A stretch of 64,000 bases of DNA from Candidatus Velthaea sp. (GCA_965214935.1 CBDCCS010000010.1:1-64000), one strand, 5' to 3'; numbered from the stretch's first letter, positions 39,168-49,844 are shown. Numbers and translations are program-made. Notes: a model not told the origin generated them from the letters alone.

Positions 39168-41111
39168 ATGAACGCGCTCGCCATGTGCCGAGCATTCGTT
39201 CTTCCGCTTGTAAAAACGAGGCTAGCCGTGCAACACAGATTCTGGCTATGGCGTAGGTTGTTACGAGGCACATCGAGCGCGGCAGTAGTCCTGATGCTTA
39301 GCATCATGGCTGCGCCCGCCGCGCGGGCAGACGAACTCGTGCAGTGCGGCGTTACCGGGCCGAGTCAAACGACGTGCCGGATCTCGGAGCCAAACGTTCG
39401 AGCAAAGATCTCCGGCTATCCGCAGGTGACCTTTTCACCGGGAGATCGCGTTCTCGTAATGGCCGGAGGTTGCGTACAGACCGGCGGTTTTGGGCCGACG
39501 TGGAAGCGCTACGTTCGACCGACCGGACCGGACTCGGACCGATTGTACTGGGGTACGATCGATATTCCGGGCGCCACCAACGGTGTCGTTCGGCTATCGG
39601 CCGTCGTCGGCCGAACGTTGCCGGTCGCCGCCGCCGGCTCGCTGCGACTCGGCTACGTCGACGATACGTACCATGATAACGGATATGACTCGCATGACGA
39701 CGGTACGGACAATCAATGCGCTCATTCCGTCAACGCGTTCGTTTCGCTAACGATCGATCATGCGTCGGCACAGACGGCTACGTGCGGCGGCAACACGGGT
39801 GCAAAATTGCTCGACTTGGTTTGGACAAATTGCGATCCCAACGGCTTCCCGCTCAATCCACGCTGGCGTTCGCAAGTCAACGATAATGGTTTGGTTCCGT
39901 CGGCGCCGTCAAGACTTTGCCCGGCGGGCATCCAATCGTGTACGTCGTGGCCGCTAAGCTACGATAATCCGGGACTGATCTTTGCCCCGGCCCTGTGCGA
40001 TAGCGGTCACGTCAATTTCTTCGCCGCGACCTATTCCGGACCGTTGAGCTGGGAAGATAAATCACATCAAGGAACGGATGACGATTACAACTATCGGATC
40101 GAGCCGCCAAACGACGCCGGCGGCCTCACCACGCTCGGTGAAATGGTAAACGGATTCGAGATCGAGCATGACTCCGATGAAACCATCGATCATTTCCAAT
40201 CGCCGTTGTGGACCCAATTTCACGCGCGGGTGCGTGCCGACAACACGGCAGCACAGCACTACCTCAGCGGGAAAACAGCGATCGTTACAGGTTTATTCGG
40301 GCTCGATTGCGGCCACCCGGACTGCAGCTCGGAACTACACCCGGCGTATGCGATGGCAATCGACATGGAGAATTCCGATCTCGGCGACGACAAATGGGCC
40401 GTCTTTGCACGCAATTGGGGAAACGAAGGCTATTGCAGTAGCGATCAGCACAATTTGAGTATCGATCGCTTGAGGCTCCTCATTCCTTGGCTTGCCGGAG
40501 CGACGTCGGTGACCGTGTTGCCCGCGACGCAGTTTCATATGTATTCAAGTGCCGGAAAGCACCCGGTGGTACTTACTCCTCGCGTCGTGTACGCGCGATC
40601 CGAAGGTGTGCTCGTTGAATTTAGTTTGCCGGATGCATCGAATCAAGTCGGATTCGACGGCGAAGTGCACTTGAAGTGGCAGCTGTCCCAAACATATCGC
40701 GGGACCATCGCGACCCGATCGGCGATGATTTCGCAGCGACAACGGCCGCTCACACGGGTCGAGACCGACAAGCCCGAAGATCGTCTGGCGGCAGTTCTCG
40801 CGCGCATGCCGGCGGGGCAGTCGGATCTATTTGCGGCACGAATTGCGACGGCAAAGCACGCAGGCCAGCCGGTAACGCTCTTCCCGCCCGTTCACCCGGT
40901 ACCGCTTGCGTTAACCGCCTTGCCGCGCGCCGCTCGACTTGCGAGCCCGCTAGCGCCGCATTCGGTTCACGATGCGGTGCTTGCGCGCAAGCGTTCTGCG
41001 CAGCATTCCGCCCTGTGTGCTGCGTTCGGCGGGAACGTGCCCGGCTATCGATTTGCTTGCGGGAGTGCTTCACCCGTCCGTCGGAGCGAACCAATTCGCA
41101 ACGCTCCATAG
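39168..41111 (+). CDS. Secreted Cys-rich hypothetical protein
   Basis: 647-aa ORF with signal-like segment ending ARA-DE, many Cys, Asp-rich loops; start uncertain. Confidence 0.75.
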   Translation: MNALAMCRAFVLPLVKTRLAVQHRFWLWRRLLRGTSSAAVVLMLSIMAAPAARADELVQCGVTGPSQTTCRISEPNVRAKISGYPQVTFSPGDRVLVMAGGCVQTGGFGPTWKRYVRPTGPDSDRLYWGTIDIPGATNGVVRLSAVVGRTLPVAAAGSLRLGYVDDTYHDNGYDSHDDGTDNQCAHSVNAFVSLTIDHASAQTATCGGNTGAKLLDLVWTNCDPNGFPLNPRWRSQVNDNGLVPSAPSRLCPAGIQSCTSWPLSYDNPGLIFAPALCDSGHVNFFAATYSGPLSWEDKSHQGTDDDYNYRIEPPNDAGGLTTLGEMVNGFEIEHDSDETIDHFQSPLWTQFHARVRADNTAAQHYLSGKTAIVTGLFGLDCGHPDCSSELHPAYAMAIDMENSDLGDDKWAVFARNWGNEGYCSSDQHNLSIDRLRLLIPWLAGATSVTVLPATQFHMYSSAGKHPVVLTPRVVYARSEGVLVEFSLPDASNQVGFDGEVHLKWQLSQTYRGTIATRSAMISQRQRPLTRVETDKPEDRLAAVLARMPAGQSDLFAARIATAKHAGQPVTLFPPVHPVPLALTALPRAARLASPLAPHSVHDAVLARKRSAQHSALCAAFGGNVPGYRFACGSASPVRRSEPIRNAP

Positions 41112-41556
41112 TGTTTTTCGCCGACTCTGACGATCGTTCGTCGCGGCGAGTCCTTTGCGATGTTAAGAACATGCAACAACGCACCGACAGGCAATCGCGG
41201 CGTCGGCGAGATTGCCGATGGCGCGCAAATATCGGGCAGGTACCGTTTGGGTGACGTCAATCGAGACCGTTGTCGAGCGCGAGCGCCCGAACGGTCGCCT
41301 CGCTGACGATGAGCGAAACGCAGCAAGAGCGTCGACTTCTACCGGTTGCAATTTAGAAGCGCACGACAATCGACCATGTGTTTCGTGCGCTCTGCGTAAC
41401 TTCGCGTTCCGCATCGACGACGGTGCAATCGCGAACGCGGAACGACGCTCTTGCTAAAAATAAGCGACTCCCCTTGCATCGCCTTGGACTTACTCGCATG
41501 TGCCGCGATCGAAAGATGTCATAATCTAGCGTTTGCATAGTGGTATACTACTATCA

Positions 41557-42279
41557 ATGACTTACAAAGAAGGCGGCTCGGCGTTACGGAGGTCGCTTGG
41601 TGATGTGGCGAAGCGGCCTTTGACGAATAGCTTTGACCGGCGCGCATTCGAGCGCAGTGACGAATCGGCCGACGCCGGCTTCTACGTTGCACCGCGCTTC
41701 GTCGAGCATATCGATGACGGCGCGATTGCGGCGGTGACGCAGCTTTATCGCGAACGTATACCAGCCGGTTCCTCCGTGCTCGATCTCATGAGCAGTTGGG
41801 TTAGTCACTTGCCGCCCGAGCGCACGTATGCCCGTGTCGTCGGGCTGGGCATGAACGCCGTTGAACTTGCTCGCAATTCGCAACTCGACGCCTACGCCGT
41901 GCACGATCTCAACACGAATCCGATGTTGCCGTTTTCAGACGCTTCGTTTGATGCCGCAACGATCTGCGTCTCGATTCAGTATCTCATTCGACCAGTCGAC
42001 GTCATACGGGATTTGGCACGCGTGCTGCGTCCCGGTGCATCGTTAACGATCGTGTTTTCGAATCGCTGCTTTCCGACGAAGGCGATCGTTGCGTGGCGGA
42101 AGCTCGACGACTTTGGGCACTGCGCGCTCGTAGCGCGGTATGTGCACGATGCCGGCGGCTGGAGCGACATAGCGGCGTTCGACTGCAGCCCGCCGCATGG
42201 CGATCCGCTGTTTGCCGTGGTGGCAAACCGCGCATCTCATGGCGGAGCACGAACGAGTATCGTGGGCGCGAGCGCGTGA
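41557..42279 (+). CDS. Class I SAM-dependent methyltransferase
   Basis: FYVAPRFVEHIDD, VLDLMSSWVSHLP, FSNRCFPTKA; start uncertain. Confidence 0.88.
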   Translation: MTYKEGGSALRRSLGDVAKRPLTNSFDRRAFERSDESADAGFYVAPRFVEHIDDGAIAAVTQLYRERIPAGSSVLDLMSSWVSHLPPERTYARVVGLGMNAVELARNSQLDAYAVHDLNTNPMLPFSDASFDAATICVSIQYLIRPVDVIRDLARVLRPGASLTIVFSNRCFPTKAIVAWRKLDDFGHCALVARYVHDAGGWSDIAAFDCSPPHGDPLFAVVANRASHGGARTSIVGASA

Positions 42280-42332
42280 TAAGGGTAGCCTGCTGTATGA
42301 GCTTGTCGGTAACCTGATGGAAAGATGATGAA

Positions 42333-43319
42333 ATGAACGCACGATCGTTCGGACGCACTGGTCGCGAGGTCAGCGAAATCGGTTTCGGCGCCTGGGCCAT
42401 CGGTGCTGATTGGGGGCATGTCGACCAGGACGACGCAATCTCTGCATTGCGGACTGCGCTGGAAAGCGGCATGACGTTCATCGATACCGCTGACGTCTAT
42501 GGCGATGGACGTTCCGAACAACTCATTGCGCGCGTGCTCAAAGATTACCCCGGCCCGCGTCCGTTCGTTGCAACAAAGGCCGGGCGTCGCTTACCGGCGC
42601 AAACGGTCGCCGGTTACACGCGTGAACATCTCACCGCCTGGATCGAGCGAAGTCTCAAAAATCTCGAGGTCGATACGCTGGATCTCGTGCAGTTACATTG
42701 TCCGCCGACCGATCTTTATTATCAGCCGGAGGTCTTCGCCATACTCGACGATCTCAAGCGCGCGGGCAAGCTACGTGACTACGGCGTGAGCGTCGAGCGT
42801 GTCGAAGAGGCGATCAAAGCGATCGAATATCCGGGCGTCGTCAGTGTCCAGATCATCTATAATATCTTCCGGCAACGACCGCACGAGTTACTGTTCGAGC
42901 TGGCGCACAAGCATAACGTCGCGATCATTGCGCGCGTTCCGCTCGCCAGCGGTCTGCTTTCCGGGAAGTACCGCGCCGATACGGTTTTCGACAAGAGCGA
43001 TCACCGGCAGTTCAATCGTCATGGCGAGGCATTTGATGTCGGCGAAACGTTCGCCGGCGTTCCATATACCATTGGTCTGGCGGCGGTCGAGCGCGTACGA
43101 AGCGTGCTCGATGGTAACACGCCGATGGCTCAGTCGGCGCTACGGTGGATCCTCATGTCAGCTGCCGTGACGGTCGCAATTCCAGGTGCGCGCAACGCCG
43201 AGCAAGCTCGGTCCAACGCAGCGGCGGCGGCGTTACCATCGCTCGATGCATCGGTAATGGCCGAACTCGCAGCGATCTACGATCAAGACATCCGACCACA
43301 CGTGCATCAGCGTTGGTAG
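42333..43319 (+). CDS. Aldo/keto reductase
   Basis: IGFGAWAIG, IDTADVYG, DLVQLH, VPLASGLLSGK. Confidence 0.94.
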   Translation: MNARSFGRTGREVSEIGFGAWAIGADWGHVDQDDAISALRTALESGMTFIDTADVYGDGRSEQLIARVLKDYPGPRPFVATKAGRRLPAQTVAGYTREHLTAWIERSLKNLEVDTLDLVQLHCPPTDLYYQPEVFAILDDLKRAGKLRDYGVSVERVEEAIKAIEYPGVVSVQIIYNIFRQRPHELLFELAHKHNVAIIARVPLASGLLSGKYRADTVFDKSDHRQFNRHGEAFDVGETFAGVPYTIGLAAVERVRSVLDGNTPMAQSALRWILMSAAVTVAIPGARNAEQARSNAAAAALPSLDASVMAELAAIYDQDIRPHVHQRW

Positions 43320-43470
43320 TCAGCGCTGACGCCTCTCATCAACGAAGTGTTCGACTTAAAGGAAGTGCAAGGCCGCTCGCCGCTAGCGCGGCCGACGGTG
43401 ACTCTGCCATTGAATGCTATCACGCGTATCGACCGCCTGTTATGCTCGTTGATTCCGCTGGCGGGAATGC

Positions 43471-43593
43471 TTAGCTTTCGGCAAGCGTGGGCAGTTTAAC
43501 GTTGATCGCTGCTTCGCCCGATTCAACTCGGTCGATCACCTGCGGGAGCCGGGCTTTCACCTCTGCGGTTTCGATCGTTCCAATGGTCTACAT
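43471..43593 (-). pseudogene. Phd/YefM-like antitoxin remnant
   Basis: M*TIGTIETAEVKARLPQVIDRVESGE with TAG at codon 2; short near-palindromes AGACTGGTCT and GACTAGTT just upstream. Confidence 0.6.
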
Positions 43594-43863
43594 CACCAGA
43601 CTGGTCTACGAAACCTGACTAGTTAAAACAAGGTAAGGTAGAAATTTGACCAATGGTTCGGCTCGCGTTACAGCCGGCAGACGGCGGTTGGGCGTGATAA
43701 CACTGCGCGGAATAACTGCAAACGAGATCACTGCAGCAGTCGGTCTTGGCGACTTCGGGTCCGTGCAAAACGGCCGCGACCTTAGCGCTTTAGCGTTATG
43801 CACGAAACGTCGCGCAGGCTTATCGTTCAGTTGTCGATTCGGTCAGATTGCAACGACACGGCG

Positions 43864-44781
43864 TTAAATGATTGCAACAGGGCGAAGCATCGATCCAGTT
43901 GCGCCTTGAATTTTCAGCGGCAGTGCGATGAAAAAGAACTCATAGATCCGATCTCGTGCCAACTCTTCGAGATAGACGAACTCAAGCAACGGTACGCCGC
44001 GCTCGACGAGCAAAAACGCGTGCACGGGTTGCGGACGTTTGGGGTCGCCGGAGGGTAGCATCTCGACGCTGGCATTATCTGCGCCGATCGCAGCGACGCG
44101 AACCTCGTCTGCAAGCCAGTGAGCGCCGTCGAGTTGCAAGCCACTGCCGTCGGCCTCGCTCATTTTCGCAGCGTCGGGCCAGTCGCGCATGATGCCGGTT
44201 CGGATAAGCACGACGTCGCCTTCGCCGACCGACGTATGCTGCTCAGTCAGCACCGCTTGCAGCTCATCACAATTGATTCCAGCACCGGCCGGAAGCCGAT
44301 CGACGCCGCGAAAACCAGGCACATCGACGAGCACCCCGCGCGCGAGGATCGGCGGATAGGCGCTAACATCGCTGCGGCTCGGTCCAAAGTCGGTAAGGTG
44401 CTCCGCGGCACGAAAGCCGTTATACCAGTGCGGGTCTGCGCCAAGCGTAATATGCGCAAGCGCGTCGATATGGCAGCCCGTATGCATCGAGCTCGTCACC
44501 AGCTCGCTATTGAAGCCCTGACAATCGCCGTTCGGACTGCCCGGAAAATAATCCCCGGACATTTGCAGCCCGCGCGAGGTTCGATAACTGGTGACGGTAA
44601 GCTGCGGCTGGCCGGGCCCTAATGGAAGACCCATAAAGCGCCCAGCGTCTAAGTCATAGACGATTCCGCGCTGCATGAGCGCTGCTGCAGCAAGTCGTCG
44701 TTCGGGATTGAGGAGATTGAGTGCACCGATCTCGTCGTCTTGACCGTAGGAGACAGTGCCGTCGCGGTGCTGTTCACGCAT
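43864..44781 (-). CDS. Cyclase family (kynurenine formamidase-like) metal hydrolase
   Basis: DEIGALNLL, HTGCHIDALAH, GDVVLIRTG, PLKIQGATGS. Confidence 0.9.
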   Translation of the reverse strand: MREQHRDGTVSYGQDDEIGALNLLNPERRLAAAALMQRGIVYDLDAGRFMGLPLGPGQPQLTVTSYRTSRGLQMSGDYFPGSPNGDCQGFNSELVTSSMHTGCHIDALAHITLGADPHWYNGFRAAEHLTDFGPSRSDVSAYPPILARGVLVDVPGFRGVDRLPAGAGINCDELQAVLTEQHTSVGEGDVVLIRTGIMRDWPDAAKMSEADGSGLQLDGAHWLADEVRVAAIGADNASVEMLPSGDPKRPQPVHAFLLVERGVPLLEFVYLEELARDRIYEFFFIALPLKIQGATGSMLRPVAII

Positions 44782-45178
44782 GCAATGCTTTCTATTCGAT
44801 GCGCCGGTTTGGACCGCAGCATGCATTCGTAATTGGTGGTCGCCGAATCCCCCGGAGGGTTATATGGACTCGGAAAAACGCAGGCTCTGCATAACTCGGT
44901 CGGACTTGCGACGTTATTGTGACGCCCACTGCGCAGCATTGTCCGTCAGTTGGCTCACGGCCCGCGACGAACGATCGGGTTGCACGAGATAAGTTGAATT
45001 TAGCGTCTGCACGGCAATTGAAGCAGCACGATTGACGTTCCGCTTCTGCTGGTGTAGCGTTACGGCAAGGTGCTCGCTGTTACGTTCTCTAGGCTGCAAC
45101 ACGGACGAAACCGCGTAACGATAGTTGGGCACCGGCAGCTTGCGGCGACTACGCCGCTTGACGGTAAGGAGTTGCTTC

Positions 45179-46312
45179 ATGTCTGTAACCGCCGGCGGAC
45201 GGATGGTCAAAGTCGCCATAGGCGTCGCAATGGTCAGCTTCATTGCACTACCCGGCTTTGCCATGCCTCGAATGGCGGATGCTGCTTCAGACATGGTAGC
45301 GAAAGCCAAGGCTGCCGTTGCCGAGTATGCCGGTCCGCAGACGACGTGGAAAGGCCCGACATCGGGACCGAAACCCGCTAAGGGCATGAAAATCGTCTAT
45401 CTTTCGGGCGACGAGCAGAACGATATCTCGCACGAATACGGTGTGTACATTCAACAAGCCGCGGCGAAGATCGGCTGGAGTGCCACCGTTATCGACGGCA
45501 AAGGCAGTCCAACTTCGTGGCTGGCCGGAATGGATCAGGCGATTGCGCTCAAGCCGAACGGTATCGTTATGTTTGCCGACGCCAAAAGTTTGCAGCCGGC
45601 CATCACGCGAGGCTTGGCCGAAGGTGTAAAGTTCGTCGGCATTCATGCTGCCGGTTTACCGGGTCCGCAGCCGGATCTGCACCTGTTTGTGAATATAGAA
45701 GAAGACCCGCGCGCGATCGGAAAAGCCGAAGCCGATTGGGCCATTGCGGACTCGAACGGCAGCGCTCGGGTCGTGCTCGTTTCTCACAACGAGTACGCGA
45801 TTGCGTTCGTTAAGTCGCACGCCAGTGAAGATCATGTTAAGACCTGCTCCACATGTAAGGTGCTCCAGTACGTCACGTTTCCGGCTTCGGAAGCATCTCA
45901 GCATATGCCGCAGTTGACGACGAGTTGGGTGCAGCGTTTCGGGCCGCCGTTCTATGGTATTTCGGTTGGCGATAATGATTGGGATTACGCCATTCCAACG
46001 TTACGGCAAGGAAACGTCTCGCCGGATCAAGTGAAGCTTATCGGTGCGGACGGTAACAAATCAGCATACGAGCGCATTCGTGACGGCGGCCAATACCAGA
46101 CCGTTACGGTGTCGGAACCATTCGAGTTGCAGGCGTGGCAGGCGGTCGATGAGCTTAATCGAGCGTTTCACAATTCGCCGCCCAGCGGTTTCGTTCAAGC
46201 CCCGTATCTCGTTACGCCGCAAAACGTGCATAGTGAAGGCGGCGATAAGAACTTGTTCGTGCCGAGCAACGATTACAAAACGCACTACCTCAAAATCTGG
46301 GGTGCGTCGTAG
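45179..46312 (+). CDS. Sugar ABC transporter substrate-binding protein
   Basis: AAGGAG RBS, signal peptide, periplasmic binding protein type 1 pattern; precedes ATPase and permease. Confidence 0.9.
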   Translation: MSVTAGGRMVKVAIGVAMVSFIALPGFAMPRMADAASDMVAKAKAAVAEYAGPQTTWKGPTSGPKPAKGMKIVYLSGDEQNDISHEYGVYIQQAAAKIGWSATVIDGKGSPTSWLAGMDQAIALKPNGIVMFADAKSLQPAITRGLAEGVKFVGIHAAGLPGPQPDLHLFVNIEEDPRAIGKAEADWAIADSNGSARVVLVSHNEYAIAFVKSHASEDHVKTCSTCKVLQYVTFPASEASQHMPQLTTSWVQRFGPPFYGISVGDNDWDYAIPTLRQGNVSPDQVKLIGADGNKSAYERIRDGGQYQTVTVSEPFELQAWQAVDELNRAFHNSPPSGFVQAPYLVTPQNVHSEGGDKNLFVPSNDYKTHYLKIWGAS

Positions 46313-46328
46313 CCACGTTACTGCAGCC

Positions 46329-46375
46329 CGCGTTCGGCATTGCAACCGCCCGCGGATAAGCGCGGCCCGAACGCG
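46329..46375 (+). other. Intercistronic stem-loop after the SBP gene
   Basis: CGCGTTCGG...CCGAACGCG inverted repeat. Confidence 0.4.
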
Positions 46376-46413
46376 CGGACGACGCAGTTCGAACTCGTGA
46401 GCGTGCGCGCGCG

Positions 46414-47922
46414 ATGAATGCGGTAGATCCGTTATTGACGTTGCGCGGTCTTACGAAGCGCTTTACCGGCACGCTTGCTCTCGATCGAGTCGATTTCGAC
46501 GTGCGGCGCGGCGAGATTCACGCGCTACTCGGCGAAAATGGTGCCGGCAAGTCGACGCTCATTAAGATTCTGGCCGGCGTCTACAGCGCGGACGCCGGCG
46601 AGATTCAACTAAAAGCGAAAGTCGTACGGCCCGACGCCCAAACGCTGCCGATCGCGTTCATTCATCAAGATCTCGGCCTCGTCGAATCAATGTCCGTGAC
46701 CGAAAATGTTGCGTTGCTTGCGGGGTATGCGCGAACATCCGGTTTCATCTCCTGGCCGAAAGCCCGCAACATTGCTGAGCGTGCGCTGCGGATGATGGGC
46801 AGCGACATCGACCCGGAAGCAGACGTGCAGACACTGTCTGCATCCGATCGATCGATTGTCGCGATCGGCCGTGCACTGGCCGTACAGTCAGAAGTGCTCG
46901 TACTCGATGAACCTACTGCCGCCCTCACCGAGCACGATGTTGCTCGATTGCTCGATGTTCTGCGGCGCCTGCGAACGCAAGGTGTTGGTATCATCTATGT
47001 CACGCATCGGCTTGACGAAGTTTTCCGCGTAGCCGACCGAGTCACCGTGTTGCGTGACGGCAAGCATATTACGACCGCTGATGTCTCGGCAACGACGCCG
47101 AAAGAATTGGTTTTGTCCATCGTCGGCCGAGCGCTGGGGGAGGTTTTTGTAAAGCCACCGCCGCCATCGGCGCGACCGATGCTAGAAGTGGAAGATTTCG
47201 CTGTCGACGGCGCTGGACCAGCAACGTTTACAATAATGGCGGGAGAGATTGTAAGTTTGGTCGGACTGCGTGGCGCCGGACACGATTTAATCGGTCGTGC
47301 AATCTTTGCTGATATTGCGTCGACTTCCGGCACGCTGCATCTAGCGGGTCGCGCAATCGGCGTAACAAGTCCGGCACAAGCGATGCGCGACGGTATCGGC
47401 TTTGTTTCGAGCAAGCGCGGTGAAGAAAATCTCGCCAGAGAGCTCAGCGTGCGTGAGAACCTGTACATCAATCCGACTGCAACCGGAACGGGTTTGTGCA
47501 ACGTCGTTTCTCCTCGACGCGAGCGCCGCGCCGCGACCACTGTTCTCGAGCGATTCTCGGTACGGCCGCGCGATCCTGAACGGGTCATCGGCACGCTTAG
47601 CGGAGGCAATCAGCAGAAAGTCGTTTTGGCACGTTGGCTCGAGGCCGGCAGCTCGCTGCTCGTGCTTGAAGAACCCACCATCGGTGTCGACGTCGGCGCA
47701 AAAGCCGAAATCTATACCGTTCTGCAAAAAGCTCTCGACCGCGGCATGGCCGTGCTGCTCGTTTCGTCGGACTTTGAGGAAGTCGCCGGCATTGCGCATC
47801 GAGCACTCGTGTTCGACCGCGGAAAGGTAGTCGCCGAGATCAGCGGGCAAGACATTTCGGTGCGCGCGCTCATCGCGCTCGCATCCGGAACCAATGAGCC
47901 GGCTACATTGCCGATGCAATGA
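46414..47922 (+). CDS. Sugar ABC transporter ATP-binding protein (RbsA-like)
   Basis: GENGAGKST, LDEPT, LSGGNQQKV; two ABC halves. Confidence 0.95.
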   Translation: MNAVDPLLTLRGLTKRFTGTLALDRVDFDVRRGEIHALLGENGAGKSTLIKILAGVYSADAGEIQLKAKVVRPDAQTLPIAFIHQDLGLVESMSVTENVALLAGYARTSGFISWPKARNIAERALRMMGSDIDPEADVQTLSASDRSIVAIGRALAVQSEVLVLDEPTAALTEHDVARLLDVLRRLRTQGVGIIYVTHRLDEVFRVADRVTVLRDGKHITTADVSATTPKELVLSIVGRALGEVFVKPPPPSARPMLEVEDFAVDGAGPATFTIMAGEIVSLVGLRGAGHDLIGRAIFADIASTSGTLHLAGRAIGVTSPAQAMRDGIGFVSSKRGEENLARELSVRENLYINPTATGTGLCNVVSPRRERRAATTVLERFSVRPRDPERVIGTLSGGNQQKVVLARWLEAGSSLLVLEEPTIGVDVGAKAEIYTVLQKALDRGMAVLLVSSDFEEVAGIAHRALVFDRGKVVAEISGQDISVRALIALASGTNEPATLPMQ

Positions 47923-48965
47923 CCAATCAACAGCACAACACGTCAATACTTACCTCGGCACTGCGCGTTCTTTCCGTCTGGGGACTGCTGCTCCTCATGA
48001 TTGTCTTGATCGTGGTATTTTCGATTCTGAAGCCGGATACGTTTCCGACGTTCTTTAATTTCCAGTCGATTTTGAGCAACAAGTCGATTCAAGTGCTGCT
48101 GGCGTTGGCGGTCATGATTCCCATGGCGGCAAATAACTTCGATTTGTCAGTGGGCTATGTGGTCGGGATCGCGCAGGTGTTGACGATTGGTCTGCAAGTC
48201 AATCAAGGTGTAAGCTGGCCGCTCGCAGCCGTGCTGATCTTGCTACTTGGCGCATTCGTTGGGCTCATTAACGGTTTGCTCGTTACACGTGCCCACATCG
48301 ACTCGTTCATCGCTACGCTTGGAACCGGCACCGTTTTGTACGGGCTCGACGAATGGTATACGGGTGGAACGCAGGTAACGGGAACCTTGCAGGCGGGCTT
48401 CAGTAGCCTTGCTGCGACGATCGGCGGAGCGCATGGGATACCAGCGCCGGCTTTGTACGTGTTGATTGTCAGCCTTATATTGTGGGCCGTCTTCGATTAT
48501 CTTCCGCTCGGCCGCTTCATTTACGTGTTGGGTGCGAATCCGCGTGCTGCTGAACTCAACGGCATCTCGGCTTCGCGCTACGTTACGCTCGCATTCATCG
48601 CCGGCGGTACGCTCGCTGCATTTGCCGGCATCGTGTTGGAAGCGGAGCTTCGCGTTGGGCAAAGCTCCGTCGGCCCGGAATATCTGCTGCCGTCGTTTAC
48701 CGGCGCGCTGTTGGGCGCGACATCGGTCAAACCGGGTCGCGTGAACGTTTGGGGCACAATCCTCGCGGTCGGGGTGCTGTCGATTACCGTCGCCGGCCTG
48801 CAGCAGCTTGGCGCGCCGTTCTTCGTCGAACAGATCTTCAACGGCACTATGCTGATTGTGGCGGTCGGTCTTGCCGTGTATGCGACTCGACGCCGAGCAG
48901 GAAGCCGCGCTGTATCGCCGGCTGCGACGGGAACTGGAAGCGCGCCGGTCGCCGCGAATCCGTAG
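47919..48965 (+). CDS. Sugar ABC transporter permease (RbsC-like)
   Basis: FDLSVG, SFIATLG, LGANPRAAELNGI. Confidence 0.94.
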   Translation: MTNQQHNTSILTSALRVLSVWGLLLLMIVLIVVFSILKPDTFPTFFNFQSILSNKSIQVLLALAVMIPMAANNFDLSVGYVVGIAQVLTIGLQVNQGVSWPLAAVLILLLGAFVGLINGLLVTRAHIDSFIATLGTGTVLYGLDEWYTGGTQVTGTLQAGFSSLAATIGGAHGIPAPALYVLIVSLILWAVFDYLPLGRFIYVLGANPRAAELNGISASRYVTLAFIAGGTLAAFAGIVLEAELRVGQSSVGPEYLLPSFTGALLGATSVKPGRVNVWGTILAVGVLSITVAGLQQLGAPFFVEQIFNGTMLIVAVGLAVYATRRRAGSRAVSPAATGTGSAPVAANP

Positions 48966-49165
48966 CCTCGACGGACGTAAAGCTTCGCTGCCTGCCGCAC
49001 GAGCCTGATGCTATTTGGAAGCACGTTGAAACGCAACGTTTGCAGAATCACTGCCGGCTGCAAAGTCGGCGGTTGAGATCTGGGGACTATTCCGTGTTAG
49101 GCATAATCCTGACCCGAGCTTTCATTCCAGTTCTTTCCGAATTCACGGACTGAAGAAGCAACAAC

Positions 49166-49561
49166 TTAAAGTACGACGAAATGTATGCTCCTCTTTGCAG
49201 CCTTTCGATCGATCGTGATTGTCCGCGAGCATCCCTCCGCAGCGTTGGTAGCGGCGACTAGCGCGTCAGCGAAGTCGGCTCCCGCACGATATCCGGAGAG
49301 CGCTTCTCGAACGAGGGCGGAGCCTTCCGTTAACATGCGGACCATCCGTAACAGCGTGTCCACAGCTGCGGCAATATTGTTGCGCGAATAGTCGTAGACA
49401 AATTCAAGCACCCAAACCGTTTCAATCAACACAACTCGGTTGATGAAGGCAGGATCGTCGCTCGAGCAGTTCCGATTGATGGAAGCTTTCGCAATCGAGC
49501 GTTGTACCGCGTCGTCGCCCGTTAGCAGACGAACGAGTACGTTTGTATCAAGCCCGATCAC
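49166..49561 (-). CDS. VapC/PIN toxin
   Basis: IGLDTNVLVR, ETVWVL, DFADAL, TID acidic tetrad. Confidence 0.9.
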   Translation of the reverse strand: MIGLDTNVLVRLLTGDDAVQRSIAKASINRNCSSDDPAFINRVVLIETVWVLEFVYDYSRNNIAAAVDTLLRMVRMLTEGSALVREALSGYRAGADFADALVAATNAAEGCSRTITIDRKAAKRSIHFVVL

Positions 49562-49800
49562 CGATGTCCGCGGACGGCCCGCCGGCGGATTGCCGAATCA
49601 ATGTCGTCAAGCGTTGCAACACATTTCGGCGTCGGCAGTACCTTGCACAGATCATCGATATCTAATGTTGAGGGCGTCATGACGATACGATCACCGTCGG
49701 TCGCGACATCGAGCCGGTCGCCGGGTTTGAGCTTCATTCGGTCGCGAATCTCTTTAGGAAGCGTCATTTATCCCTTGGACGTTAAGGTCGTCGAAGCGAT
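49558..49800 (-). pseudogene. AbrB/MazE-type antitoxin with nonsense codon (a truncated product could start at ATG 49767)
   Basis: STTLTSKG*MTLPKEIRDRMKLKPGD; TAA at 49768-70 replaces the usual Gln of KGQ. Confidence 0.8.
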
Positions 49801-49828
49801 TTCGGTTTCCGTACCAGATGTGGTGCTC

Positions 49829-49844
49829 CTTACGATATCGTAAG
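49829..49844. promoter_or_regulatory. 16-bp palindrome, probable TA autoregulatory operator
   Basis: CTTACGATATCGTAAG, a perfect palindrome just upstream of the antitoxin gene. Confidence 0.6.

Noticed and set aside
41140..41270. Possible aldehyde dehydrogenase remnant (ARKYRAGTVWV)
   Set aside because: The match is too short to support without a search.
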